A program made the position numbers and the translations under genes. This document shows positions 42,419 to 56,245 of a DNA stretch of 58,648 bases, piece by piece (the stretch's first letter is position 1; the number at the start of each line of letters is the position of its first letter). The DNA comes from Chromera velia (lineage: Eukaryota), in contig JAHBMJ010000048.1 in NCBI GenBank assembly GCA_018398765.1, forward strand, positions 1-58,648, in the 5' to 3' direction. Under the pieces are notes generated by a model that worked only from the letters and a program-made list of their open reading frames with translations, searched no databases and was not told the DNA's origin.

Positions 42419-43517
42419 TTAACCGTAGAAGATGGGGCGGCGGTAGCGGCCTCCGGCAATTCCGTACACGCCTCTGGGGCCCCGGCCGTAGGCGTACCCG
42501 GCGAATCCTCTGGGCCCGCGGATGTAGCCGTAGCGGCCCCGGCCGTAGCCGTAGCGGTAGCCGTAGAGGCGGCGGTGGTGGGCACTGTCTGCGTCATGGG
42601 CGCCTGTTGGGGCAGGGGGCTGGTTGTGTGTGGCAGTAGAGTCAGCAGGCGCGTGTGCTGCATGCAGAGGACGGGGGAGTAAGAGCGGGAGAGAGAGAGA
42701 AATTGATCATGATGTCGGAGATACAAGCAGAGGAATAAAGCAATACATCTGAACAACTTTCGAAGAGAAAAAAATGAAAGGGAATCATGCCGTGGTATGA
42801 TCCTCTCACATTGACACAACGGTGTCCAGAAGCAGACGGAAGGAAAAGCTGGAAGGTCAGACTGAAGACTTCCAAGGTGGGGAGGACAGCGGTCGAGTCG
42901 AAGGGGACAAAAGAGACCGGTAGGATGCATGACAAACAACAGAGACAAGCATGCAGTCACTGACCCTCAGCCTCGTGCTTGGCCTCCTCCCCTTCCCCTG
43001 TTTCCATCTCAGAGACGTCAACGACCTCCCAGACGACAACGGGGACGAGGAACTTTCCGTTGCCGAGGGGCATGGGGGACGCGAAGGCCTGAAGAGAAAG
43101 GAAGGGACAAAGCATGCAGGACATGTGTCTGTAGGTTCTTTTTAACCCTGCAAAACGGTGAAGGACCATTGAAGGGGCAGAGAGGAGACGGCCTCGAGAG
43201 ATAAAAGAGAAGAGAAGGCAGGGGACCTGAATGGCTTTTGTGCGTCTCTTCCTTGGTGTGCTGACCTCTGAAGCTTCAGGGTCGACCTCCATGAAGTCGA
43301 TGTCCATCTCTTCTGGCTGTTCGGCGGACGCGGAGTCAGCAGGAGAATGGGGAGACGTCTGAGGAGACACCGGGGTGGCAGTGTGGGCCTGCTGCTGTTG
43401 GGCTGGTTGGGCCGGCTGGTTGTGCAGCAGAGGGGCCTGTGCCTCGGGAGCCGCGAGGGATGGCTGGCAGAAAGCCAGCAGAAGGACTGAAGCGACCGTG
43501 CAAAGCTTTGTGCTCAT
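42419..43517 (-). CDS. Secreted precursor, 217 aa: signal peptide, acidic pro-region, RRL, Gly/Tyr/Arg-rich C-terminal peptide. Exons 43227..43517, 42965..43088, 42419..42657
   Basis: Signal-like MSTKLCTVASVLLLAFCQPSLA-A. GT-AG introns of phase 0 and 1 give 654 nt ending ...HHRRLYGYRYGYGRGRYGYIRGPRGFAGYAYGRGPRGVYGIAGGRYRRPIFYG*. Confidence 0.8.
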
Positions 43518-44188
43518 TTTTGTGTTCCTTGTGAAGATGCTCGGTCTGCCTGCCGTCTCTGAGAAGAACGTTTGCAGTGAAGGATTCTACAGAAAGAACG
43601 ATCAAAGGAAGAATGCCAAGGCAGAAGGAGCCGAAGTGGTCAATGTGACGAAGGCTGAACAGACAAGAGATTGGATTGGATGGCGTTTTGGTGGACGGAG
43701 GTACCTCGAGAGATTCCAAGAAAATGTGCAGTGTGCCGGAGGATTTGCGAAATTCCGCAAAATTCCAAGTCTTTGATCGAAGGAGTTCAATGAAAGTCCG
43801 ATTTAACTTGCGTCGGAGTCCGTGCGAGCAACCCCGCTGCAGCTTGAGGGGCACTTTTTGGAATTGACCCCCAAACTTTCCGGGGCCATGCGTACCGATA
43901 CGGGAGATGCGTCGGATCTGATCCATGCAGTACGTCGATCACGTTAATTGGGCGGCATAGCACGCCTTTCACGACCGTGCACTCCCTGACTCGATCAAAG
44001 GATAACTGTACATGTCACGTACTATGTATGTTGGAACCTACACTGTGAAACTGTTCATCGTGGCTGCCCGTCACGACTCTCGATCTGTTTGATTCCTTCC
44101 GCATATCCGCACGGATCGCCCCTCTACACTTTACTCTCCACCGTTGTCTTCTTTCTTGTGTACAGTTGTCTCGTGTCAATCAGCAAAG

Positions 44189-45860
44189 ATGGAAGCTGCT
44201 CTGACCAAAGGAGGCGCCCAAACATCGGCTTTCCAGGCCTCTCGGAACCCTTACAAGGTACGCGACAAGAATCTACAGAAGCCCATTGTGGAGGTAGAAA
44301 CCCAGGGAAAGATCAAATACATGGGAGTCCCTGATGACTTCTGGAACCCCATAGAGCTCCTCATAGACCGGGCCCAGATATCCACCTTCAATACCTTCAC
44401 CCAAACCTGGGATGCCAAGGACAAGCCAACGAGGGAACAGTTACTGGGGATAGACGATGACCTTTTCCGTCCCCAACCCCCAGCAGCCACCGAGCTTACT
44501 TCGAAGCAGAACTTGAACAGCTTCACGGCCGTTGTCGACGCCACGTCCCGACACATCTCTGAAGGAGAGAAACGAACGGATGCGTCCATGCTCCCTCTCC
44601 ATGAACGGTGGCTGCTGCCGGAGGATGCACTCAGGTCAGTCACAGCGCTAGAAATGAACGCTGCTTGATGCATGCATTGGTCCTTTTTCTTGCCTTATGG
44701 GGATGCCGAAAGTCCGTGTGATGCCAGTGCATTTGCTCAGGTCAGTCAGAGCCCCCCATGTGATCTGATTGCCGGACCGTGCAAAGAAAGAGCGATGCTC
44801 CTTGCATATACGAAGGACTCAGATAGTCAAGTGACCCCCGGGCAAACCGGTCATCCCGTCGTTTCTGCGTCTGTATCGAATCCGTCTGACCCACTGATTC
44901 TAAGAGGATAAACTGAAGAAACGGGTAGAAATGACACCAGAATGCGCTTTTGATTCGAGTTCTATTGCCGTGCCGGTTGCATTGCATTGCGTGCATGCAA
45001 TTGTGTGCTGCAGTATTTGCGAGAAGATGATTCAGGGCCCCAAGAGAGCCACTCTCGAAGCAGCTGCCGGTCTGCCTCCGGAACTCCGGATGAACTTTTC
45101 AGACTATCGGGCGATTTCGGAGAAGGTCAGAAGAAAGTAATTTCCCATTACACACAGTGATATCACACCGTGCTGTTTGATGGGAAGGCTTTTTTGAAGA
45201 AGGCGCAAGTACTCACGAGTGCTTGCTGACTTTTTTTCCTCGGGTTCTTTTTTTACCCTAGCTTGTTTTATCCACCTGGAAAAATGAAGATGACCCTGCA
45301 TGCCCTTTTCCCCTTTCCTTTAAATTTCCTCCCCTCCCTGCAGGTCTGTCGAGGGCTCCTCTCTCTTGTGGAGGACGAGGCAGATACGGATGCAGAGGGC
45401 AACGGAGGGGGCGACGCCAGCTCGTCGGATGACGACAGCGATGGGGGGCCGTCTGAGCGCACCCCCTCTCGAACTCCCCGCAGCACTATTTTGAAGAAGG
45501 CAAAGTCAGAAGGGGAGAGCGTTGGAGAGAACAGAGAGGAAGAAAAGAGCCAGAAGAGTGTGTGCCTGACTGAAGATGGCGAGGTGGGAGAAGGAGAGAA
45601 AGCGGGTGGGCGTGTCAAACCGTCCCCCTCGTTTCATCTAGAGGACACAAAGGCGGGGAAGAAAGGAGGAGGAAAGTGGAAAAGCGCTGCAGGCAAGATT
45701 ATCAATCGCAGTAGCAGCAGACTGGAGAGAAGAAGCAGGCGGCGTCCAACTCTCAAACGGCAGATGTCAGCAGCAGGGAAACTGCTCTCAGGCAACAGTG
45801 CAATGGCTGAAATTTTAAAGAACTCGCACGTCGCAAGTCTTTTCATCTCCAAGCAGGTCG

Positions 45861-45895
<35 letters not shown>

Positions 45896-47081
45896 GTGTG
45901 TGTGTGTGCATGTGTGAGTGAGTGTGCGTGTGTATGTGTCTATGTGTCTATGTGTGTATATGTGAGTGAGTGCGTGTGTGTGTGTAAGGTTACTGGTCCC
46001 GCTCTTCTGGCTCATACAGAATAGCGCAAACACTACTTCATGTGACAACGCAGTGTACAATAATTCTGTGGTGTGACTGTCTTTTTTGTTCCGATCCAAC
46101 AAAATAATTTATGAAAAAATGAGCATGCAGGTGAAGAATGCGGTCGCCAGTCTCTTCTCGACCTTCCCCTCCCTTGTTCACTCTGGTTGGGAGGCCCTGG
46201 AGACGGCTCAGGTCGCTCACGAGAGAGCGGAGAGGGCCGAGAAGACGGCGGCAGAGCTGGAGAAGCTCAAGGAAGCTCTGGAGAGGGAAAACAGGAGACT
46301 CAGCATGAAGGTGGGAGAGGAGAGGAGAGGAGAGAAGAGGAGAGGAGAGGAGAGGAGAGGAGAGGGGAGAGAAGACGAAAGAATGAGAGGGGACAAGGAA
46401 GCGAGAACTTCATGCAGACTCTTTTTTGTGACTGGTGTTTTCACCTTACAGAAAAACCAAATGGATCACAAAGGCTTCACCGAACTCTTTGCTCTTCTCC
46501 TCATGAATGGTAGACAAAAAGAGAAAAGAGAACTTTTGAAGAAAACGTCGACAAAGCGTAACCACGAAGCTCAATCGATGGACACAGTTTTCGAGTCAGT
46601 GTTTGTCTCAGAGGAAGGAAAAGAAGCGACCTGCCTCCCTTCCGTTTCTCCCTTTGGAGTTTTGTCAACTATTACGGTAGCTCCGGCGGTTCAGTCAGCG
46701 GACATCGAGTTGAGAACAACAGTCCCCGTCATGGCTGCAGAAAGCCAAAGTAAAAAGTGATTTGGACGGAGAGGGAATGTGCACGCATCTGTTTTCTGAT
46801 CGAGGAATCACTGACTCTTTGAGGAATTGATTGATGAATGAATGAATGAATGAATGAATAAATGAATGAATGAATGAATAAATAAATGAATGCATGCATG
46901 CAGCTGAACTGGTATCTTCAACAGAGGGAAGAGATCCTGGAACGTCCGTCCGTGCGTTCATCTCTCTGTTTTTTTCTTTCGCTCTCTGTTCTAGTTCCGC
47001 TTTTTCTGGCGCACCTGTTGACACTCTTTCGCTATCTCTTCCCCTCTTCCGGAGTGCATTCATACACAATTGTTGCGTGCG

Positions 47082-47113
<32 letters not shown>

Positions 47114-50100
47114 ATTGTACTCACAACTAGAGACGGTTGAAAGGCTCTGAAATGGAAAAGAGCGAGGGAAGGAGGGAAAGAAAATGTGCGATCTGCCTGG
47201 AGGCCCTGCGTTCCTTTGCCAATCTGCTGGGGGGTATCCATTTTCTGGTCTGTGTTCACTCACCCCTCTGTCGATTGATTGATTGGCCTTTCAGGAGTGC
47301 GCACGACGCGCGTCCAGCAGACAAAGGAAACAGTGGAGAAGCTTCACGAAGAGGACCCGACTCTCCTCGGGCCTTTTGGAGAGGAAGAAAGGAAGCTCAT
47401 GGCTCGGCAGACACCCGTGTTGATGGACCTGGAGAAGGAACTTGCGAGATACACAGAGAGAGACTGGGAACAATTCAAAATTTTGGCCATTGGAATGAAA
47501 AACAAAGCAGTCAAACAAACCAGGTCCGTCCTTTCAGTCAGTCGTCATTCCGACTGTCCTATGGATTGCATGGGCATAGGGGGAAAACACCATGTAAAGT
47601 AGGACTCCAAAACAAAAGAAACGAGCGTTTTGGAGTCTGCTTCTGACTCAACGTCCCGTATTTTGTCATTGCTGGTGGACAGGAGGCGGACTACTTTGCT
47701 ATTGAGAGCTCACATCCATCCATTCTTCTATCCATCCATCCATCCATCCATCCATCCATCCATCCATCCATCCGTTCTTCCATTATCTTCAGTTCTGAAT
47801 CCATTCAGCCTCCTGATCGAGTCATTTGCCTTTCATTCAAAAACTGCTGCAGAGAGGAACTTGTGCAAGTTGTTGAGGGCGTGCAGGTGAGTCTGTCTGT
47901 ACAGGAGAAAGAGGGTGCATGTCGGGTGTCTCTCAAGCCTTTTGAGTTGGGCTGTGTCGTGTTTTCTACCCATTCATTTTTTGAGGCTCCTGCTCTTTTT
48001 TCCCTGACCACGTTTTTTATCATTGGAACAGGAGAGCAGGGCTGCAACACATGCACCCCGTTTTGCATTCAGATTCTCTGCATACTGGGGTGGACTCATT
48101 GGTTTTGCTGCCATCCAAAGAGGTGCGCCGAAACGCAGTTGTGATCCTTTCTATTGTCTTTTCTCTTCCTTTCTGTCGGTATCGTCTCTTCATTTCATTC
48201 TCCTTTCTTCTGACAGGACGAGCTGGCAGTTCTGAAAGCCCGCGCAGAAGAGGGAGTCATCAGACAAAGACAGTCAGTCAGTCAGTCAGAGAGACCGTGT
48301 CATTTGTTTGCATGGCTCTCTTTCGCTTTGTTGTTTTCTTTTCATCTTTTCAAGCTCACAGCAGACGAGGACAGAAAAAAGCCAGGCAGCACGAGAGGAC
48401 AAACGCAAAGAGCTTGCACAGAAAAAGAGCGAAATGGTTTCAAGAAACGAGCGAAACATGAGTGAGTGCGGGACAGGGACATGAAGTCGCTCAGTGAGTG
48501 AATGAAGGAAGGAAACATCGATCGAGGTAAAGAGATGACTTCGAGAATGCATGTGTTGTTGACGCCCCACCAAGAACGCTGCACGCAAAGTGATTGGAAT
48601 TCGATTCTGATTTCTCCCACCGGAATTCTTTTTTTCTCTCTCTCTCTTTCAAACATCCCTCCCTCCCTCTCTCGCCAATTGCCTTTCTATGTATGTCTAC
48701 ATGCATGCAGACTTCGAAACGACTTAGAGGAAGCGAGGTTCCAGGCCAAACTTGCTCAGGACGACGCTGAGGCCCTGAGAACGAAGGCCGCAAAGAAAGC
48801 CTCAAAGTCTGGGCTGCCCCCCACAATTCCTCGGCAGTCTCTCCGGCCTGTTCTCGAGAGAACGCAGAGACTCAGCAGAGACGCAAAGGTCAGTCAGACA
48901 GTCTAGACGGGGGTCTGTGGCTCTGTGTGAATTGCAGTACGTCTCATAGCTAGAATGGGATATCTGCATGATAAACCAACTCCGTCTCCAATGTGCCGTT
49001 ACACACAATTGCAGCACGTCGGCCTTCTAATTTCGTTCAGGAGGAAATCATAACTTCTCTCCTAGTGTCACATACTACTTGTTCCCTCTGTGGTCCATGC
49101 AGTGTAATCCGAACGTCAAATAATGTTTTTTTCAAGGCTCTCGGATCACACTTTTCCTGAAAAGTCATCGTTTTTCGTGTTCTGCTGTTCGCTCTGCTCT
49201 ACACTGTTCTGGCCCCACCACCCTCTTTCCTTGTATCAGGCAATGCGCCAAGAGGTCCAGCAAACGCTCTCCTCTTCCTGGGAGAGCATCGGTGCGCTCT
49301 TGTCGTCCTTCGGGGTGAACATCGAGACGGCATTCGTCAAACAGAGGCAGGAGATGGACAAAATGGAGAGGAAGAAAGAGAAAGAGCTGGAGTTAGAGAG
49401 AGAGAAATCAAAGGAACAGGAGAAAACGAAAGATGAGACAAGGGTGGATTCCAAACAAGCAGAAGAGTTGGAAGCTCTGAAAAGGAAGGTGGAGGCACAT
49501 GCGGAGGAAGCGACGCAGCTTCAATCGAAGTGTGAAGATCTCGAAGCAGAACTCCAAGAACAGAAATCTGCTCGTCTCCAGGCAGAGGCAGATCTAGAAA
49601 CTCTGCGACTGGAAGAGAAAACTGACAGGAGGGTGGATGCAGAGACAGAGAGGCTGAGAGAAGAGCTTCAGAGTGCGTTGAAAGAAAGGGAGGGCAACGA
49701 GGAGAAAGAGAGAAAATTTCAGGAAGAACTTCAACGAGCTCTCGAGGAGAGACTCGCACTCGAAGAGGAACTTCAAACAACCAGTCAGTCAGGCACGCAG
49801 ACACGCACGCAGACAGGCAGACAGGCAGGCAGGCAGGCAGCTGTGACCTTCAGCCTGCCTGCCAGTAAGTAAGCTAAGCGTAGCTATCAGAATATTCACA
49901 CATGCAAATGCACATCAGCACACATACATTTCGACATCAGGAAATAGTGGTAACAAGGGTCGGGCACTTTTTATCTTTTTTGCCGACAGGTCGCGTGCCT
50001 GGTTGGATGAAAAAGACGTGCAGGGCAAGTTGTATGAGCCTGATTGATCGAACCGAGCGACGGCCTTCCAAATTCTTGTGTGGGCATAGTCGAATGAGAG

Positions 50101-50886
50101 TGCATGTAGCAGCACAATTCTGTCTGTTTTTCTCCTCCGCTTCCTATCTTCGGTGCCTCTGTTCATGCCGGGGCTTGGCACTCCACATGCAGGCCTCATG
50201 AAATTCTTTCAGAGACTCACAATTTCATTTCAAAGCAATGCTAAGGGTATGCACTTGAAGTGCAGAATTCGATCATCTGAGCTCTGTATGTTGCAGTTAT
50301 GTCTCCGTTGACGAATGTGAGTGAGCACTGAATGCATGCCTGCAGAGGAAGCGTTCAGGTCCCAGCAGGAGGAAAAGGAGATGGGTGCAATGATGTGCCA
50401 AATGATGGAGACGGAGGCAAGCAGCCAACCTTGTGAAGCCTGCGGTACTAGAAATGTGAAGGAGACAGAGAAAGATAAAAGCACAAGGTCCCAAGAAGTG
50501 CAGACCGACGCTGTGTCAGGAGGAGGTGAGGATACAGGCACAAGGCGAGCACGGGAGTCTGGAGCCTCGCCTTCTTCTTCTGCTTTGCCGATGGGAATTA
50601 AGTCTTTCGTCTTCCCCTCGCCCTCAACACAGGACAAGGGACAAAAGAGGCAGGAGCCCAGACCTTCCCTTTTGGGTTCGTCGTGCTGCAGGTCTAAGGC
50701 TCTTTATTTGACTTTCTTCTTTGGAAATTCTAAAATGACGCGTGTCCAAGGGAAAGAAAGACTGCGACACAGAGCTTGGTTTTACATGAGGTTCTCCAAC
50801 GGGCCCATTTTGCGTGCGTCTTTTTCAGCCTTCTTCCATCCTGATTGCGTCGCAGTAACTACTAAGCCCCTGCCCCCCTCTGTGTG

Positions 50887-50925
<39 letters not shown>

Positions 50926-52477
50926 AATCAGTAGTACGGAGCGAGAAAGCTATTGGATGATTCGGCCTGTTCCCACATGATTGCGTGAAGATCATGATCT
51001 GATCATCTGCAGGTGACCTGAAGCCTTCCAACCTGGCGCCCATCTCGAGCGCTCTCGACCAAATTCCAGAGCTCACACGCTCACGGAGAGCGTCTCTGCC
51101 CGTACTGTACCAACAGCCAGCCTTCAGACAGCCGGTGAGTAGAGAAACATCAAGAACTTCTGTGGTCTTCTTTTTGTTTCTATGCCATGGGGTCTGCACG
51201 TTCGAGACCTTTTTTAACACTCCGGCTTTTTTCCGCTTTGCTCAGTCAAATGCAGAGAAAAGTGGGGAGTGCTGGACTGCACGGAGAGGAAGCGGAAAAC
51301 AACCAAGCGCCTGAGTGAAAAAAAAGAGGCGTCTGCAAGAGTCGACCTCCCCATCATATACATGGACGAGTGACTCGACCATTCAGAAACTGCGACAAGG
51401 CTTTCATGAGGAAGTAGACTTCCACATGAAACAGTCTGATCATTGGACTCTCTCTCCCTCCCTCCCTGCCTGCCTGCCTCCCTGCAGTCGAGGTCCTCCA
51501 GGGCCCCAGGAGGGGAGGGCAGCTTCGTCCCTGCCTCTGCCGGCGTGCCCGAGTCCGACCACCCGCTTCATCGATGGAATCCGTCCAACCAGAACGAGAC
51601 CCCCACAAGCTCTGCCTCTCCTGGGGGACCCTCGATGCTTGACACCTTCGGGAGTGAATCTGCGAGACGGCAGCAGCCAGGGTGGTCGAAGTCCTTTGGG
51701 CACAATGCGAGTTCAAGTGGAGGGGGACTGCAACATCCCTCAAATCTCCCCGGACTGCGGCGACAGAGCGTTTCATTTGCAGGCCGTCTCCCGCCTTCAT
51801 CCGACACTCAAAGACAGACACTGGGAGAATCAAGAAGGCCATCAGGGGGCACGTCTCTCTTTGGGAGGGTCTCTGGGGTATCTCCTCAGGCGCGGCGAAT
51901 GGTCAGGAGACGGGCGTCTCTCATGCCAATCTCAACACAAGCGCAGGAGTTTGCTTCTGCCACTTCCGCGTCTCTGCAGAGAAGTTATGTTCGTCCAAGC
52001 AGAGCACCGTCAGCTGCCGGTCTTCCCCAGTCCTCTGGTGCTTTGGGGCCATCCCAAGGAGACGGGCTCCAACCGCAGAGACGAAGAATAAGTGTGAACC
52101 CCGCACTGCTTATGTCCTCCGCGCGTAGTCTGGCCTCAGTGAGTCCGGACCGTCAATTTGATGTCGGCCTCCCTGTCACGCACGCAGACGACCGCTCCGA
52201 GGGCCAGGGCCCGACGAGCATGAATAGAAAGCTCTCCCAAGGGATGACTTTGAGCATTGAGGGGGCCTCTACTCCCAGTGAAGATGACGTTTCCCCGGGA
52301 ATTCTGCGGGGAGACGTCTTTCTGAACGACGAGAAAGCCACAAAACGGATGTCTCTTTTGAGGTCGGAACGAGAACAAGCACAAAGGGAACTGTACCAAG
52401 GGGCAGCAGTACGCGCAAGCGCTGGGTCTTCTTCCCGGGAATCGGTGAAGCCAGAGACCGCCGTTCTTACAGAATAA
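44189..52477 (+). CDS. Large multi-exon coiled-coil protein of unknown function
   Basis: In-phase exons 44189..44634, 45014..45125, 45344..45856 and 46131..46310, then further coding blocks near 47295-47523, 48711-48888, 49240-49792, 50347-50525 and 51488-52477. E/K/Q/R-rich heptads and a Ser-rich tail. Confidence 0.7.
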
Positions 52478-52479
52478 AA

Positions 52480-53420
52480 AGCTGAATGGAAATCAGACTT
52501 TCAAATAAATCATGACGCATACACTAAAAAAACGTCAACAATATATATTAGTGTTTATATATTCTGTATATCAATTGATGTTGAAGCTAGCTGACGTATT
52601 GATCCTTTTACTTTGAAAATTATTTTTAATTTAAGGACCAGGCTGTGCACTAACGACTTTTTACAACCCTGTTGCAAAAACTTTTAAGCCTCCCGGCCTT
52701 GGCCCCACCTCCTGGCCTCCCCGGGCCATCATCATCATTAGGATGATCCCCATGCATGATATGATTCACTATTGCCATCAACTCATAAACGAGTTACGAG
52801 TTTTTAACGTTCAACTGGTTTACTTCGACTGGTTCAATACGCAGCTATACATACTGCTAAAGTAGTCCTAGGTGCAGTCTCCTAAGACTCTCCTTCCATC
52901 AAAAAAGATTAGAGAGACAAAAATGTTAATTATTTTTATTTAATTCTGTATCTCTCCAAAATTATATACCAAAATATGTGTCTCGCGCTCCTAAAAGTTA
53001 AAACCCTAGCCAAACCCCCTTTTAAAAAAGTTAAACAAGCTTTATATCAAACTTATAAATGATCAAAGTTTGTCTTCATATAACACAGTTAAACACTTAC
53101 AAACACTTCAATAAAATTTTAAGGGCCGGTTGCATAATACTGAAACAACAGTAAACAACAGTTAACAACCGTGTTATAACACTTGCATGAACAACACTTA
53201 TTTATTAATATAATTCCTAGTTATGCAATTTATATAGGACACACTTTCTTAATGTATTTCAACAGTATTTCCATGTATCGACTAGCATATCAATTCATCT
53301 TGATTGCACCTAGTTGTAAATAATTGTACCAGCTAACATGAGTAATGTAAAATTGCTAAAATACATCAAAACAACATATCACAAACTATCACTGTATCAC
53401 AAAGTATCACAACACGAAAT
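52480..53420. other. AT-rich block between convergent genes, probable decayed transposon DNA
   Basis: GC drop, AACA repeats and TIR-like fragments without a resolved TSD. Confidence 0.4.
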
Positions 53421-53748
53421 ATACATGAAAGAGTACAAGGGTTGTAGAATCATCCTTCAAGTTAGATGGCTCACAGACGCCTACAGACGCCTCAGGCACG
53501 GCCTGGTCCTCCTAGGGTTCCTACATGGTTCCTTGCGCCTTGCCAGTCCACGAAGCCCACATTGTACATGCAGATGCAGACATACAGCTGAATGTTCAGA
53601 CGGCTGACTCGGACAGGCCAGCCTCCAACAATTAACGATCCTTCGAAAGTTCACAATCCGTGACGCAGGACCGCGTCCTCACTGTACACCAATTCGCCGC
53701 AGAGCCTTTTTCTAAGGATGCCTCCCCCGTCATGAGCTTTCCTTCCAG

Positions 53749-56182
53749 TCAAATCTCACCGGAGGAGGAGAAGGACGCCCTGAGGAGACGACCCTCTCGT
53801 TCATTGAACTCCAAAAGCTCCACAGACAGACCCACAACACACTCAGAGAAAGTGCACTGCAGTGCAACCCACACGAGACTTGCATGAAGGAGGACACATA
53901 CAAACTTTCACGTGCAAATTTACAAACCTTCTCCCTCTCCCTCGCTCTCTGACTCTCTCTCTCTCTCTCTCTCTCTCACGCACCCACACAAAGGGAGAGA
54001 GGGAGAGAAAGAGACTCTCATGAACGGAGGCAGCCAGACAAGGAGATAGGCACTTCCAGTGCGAATGAGAGAGAAATCGGAATACTCCTATCAAATAGAT
54101 GGTTTCCATTTGAGGCCAGCAGGGCACGCATACGTAGGGCAAAGGCGGACGAGAGCGACGTCCTTCATGAAATAGTTGGGCAGGAAGGGCGATGGGAGGG
54201 GAAGCAGAGAGACATGGCGTACAGATGCCAGCATATCGCCTGCATGGGGTACCCCTGAACGTCAACAGTTTTGTTTCTCTCTTGCGCCGAGATGCAAATT
54301 GATGGGCCCTGCAGCGCCTAGAAGCTCAACCAACTGACCTCAGAAGGGCCCCCAAGCGGGCAGATCTCTTCGAGTTTCCTCTCAATCTGCCGCTCCTTCT
54401 CTGCCTCTTCGGCGTTCCCTTCCACTCCACCCCCTACTCCCACCATCTCGAGCTGCATGTGGACTCGAAACGACAGAAAGAAGAAGGGAAAGGAAGGACA
54501 CGGAAGAATCATCCCAAAGAAGAAAAAGGGATCGAGGGGCAGAGCAAATCAGAAGGACTGCATGTTCTGAATGCGATGAATGACCTCATATACGCTCCCT
54601 TCACCCCCTTAAATGCATTCCCGTCTTCACGTAGGGAGACAAATCGTAAAATGAATAAGATCATAAAAATGGATCCACGACTTTCTTTCCACATGCTGAA
54701 ACCCCGTCTCTTTTTCCATTCCAGATGCAGTCAATGAGATGAAAGCCACTGTTGCCCATTTCAACGGTGAGGCAAACGAGCAGAAAGATCAATTCGCCAA
54801 TCGACGACACCGACAAAGAGACAGAGACAGACATGAGTACAGGCCAACCGACCAGTTGTCGCAGTTGCTCCCTGTCGATCACTCCCGACAGATCCCTGTC
54901 GACTGCCCGGAAAGCGGCCACAAAGAGCCTCAGGAATCTGCCCTCATGATCCATCGATCGATTGATTGAACCGGGAAGGAATAAGGACAAAAAAAAGATT
55001 GAAAGAGAGACAAGTGACGCGTCTTTGTCTGTCTGACACCATGCATGAGATCGGAACAACAAAAGAAGCAAACACCATCCATGCATGGGCAATTCTGAGA
55101 ATGCACCGATGGATAAGTCCATGCAACCAGCGGGAAGGCGACAAGACATCCGAGGGAGCCACACAAACATTTTCATCGGAACTCATACCCACCAACCTGC
55201 CCACCCCTCTCACGCCCCTTTCAACAGCCGGCCTCTCATCCGTCCACTCACTCACTCCCTCACTCCCTCCCTAGCTCACTCACCTCAGGTGCTCGTCCAG
55301 TTGGAAGTCCAGGATCACTTGCAGAGCCTCATGGAGTGACAGGGAGGGTACAGCCATCTGCCCCCTGTCCACGCGAACGCCAACCCGGCTTCTGGCCTGC
55401 TGGGTCTTTGCTTTCTCCTGCAGGCAAAGGGAGGGCAGAAGGGGTCGCCGCAAAAAAGGAATAGAGAGAACGTTTTCAAAAAAAGAGAGAGAGAGAGACA
55501 GAGAGAGAGGGACGCAGATACACAGAAAAACAGAAGAGGACTAGTGAAAGAAGGACAGACAAAAGGAAAAGACGCACCCACAGAGCTTCCTTCCTTCTTT
55601 CCTTCCTTCCTCACTCGAATTGAATCGCATACAACAGACAACGGGAGAGTAGTGAGAGAAGTGACAGACAGAGGAAAGATCAGATCGAAAGATTGCTACA
55701 AGAAGTCCAGGATAGAATGACGCGAGAACGGACAGGTGCAGCGAGAAGGGGGGACACTGCCGAGACGTCCCTTCTTCTACTCCCCTGCACACGAAGGAGA
55801 CGTCAACCTCGATGGTTTTTCACTTTCCCTCGTAGAACTTTTTTTGTCGATTTCTTTCTTGCCTCACCTGCCGAGCCCTCTGGAGTCTCTTGCAGACTTC
55901 CGAGGCATCCGTCTGGTTGTACAGATACCGGCAGGTCTCCTCCCAATGGGCATGGGGGACCGGCTCCTTTCCTGAGGCGGCTGCCGAGATAAGTCGACCG
56001 AGCTCGGTCTCTGTTTTAAATGGGTGTTTGGCTGCACACAAAGAAAGAAAGAGACACACAAAGAGATGGGGCCAAGTCTAATTGAGGCCAACGAACGAAA
56101 CGCACACTGCAAGAAAACAAAGAAATTGCACCACAGGACGAAAAAGATCAATAGACCGAGCTTCGTTCTCATGCCCCTTCCT

Positions 56183-56245
<63 letters not shown>

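Noticed and set aside
42364..42960. Mucin-like Thr/Ala-rich ORF
   Set aside because: Intron phase after exon 2 selects the Gly/Tyr/Arg frame instead.
52630..53240. TIR-like fragments (CAGGCTGTGCAC, CAACCCTG, GGGCCGGTTGCATAA)
   Set aside because: No matching partner end with a TSD was found, so no element boundaries are called.
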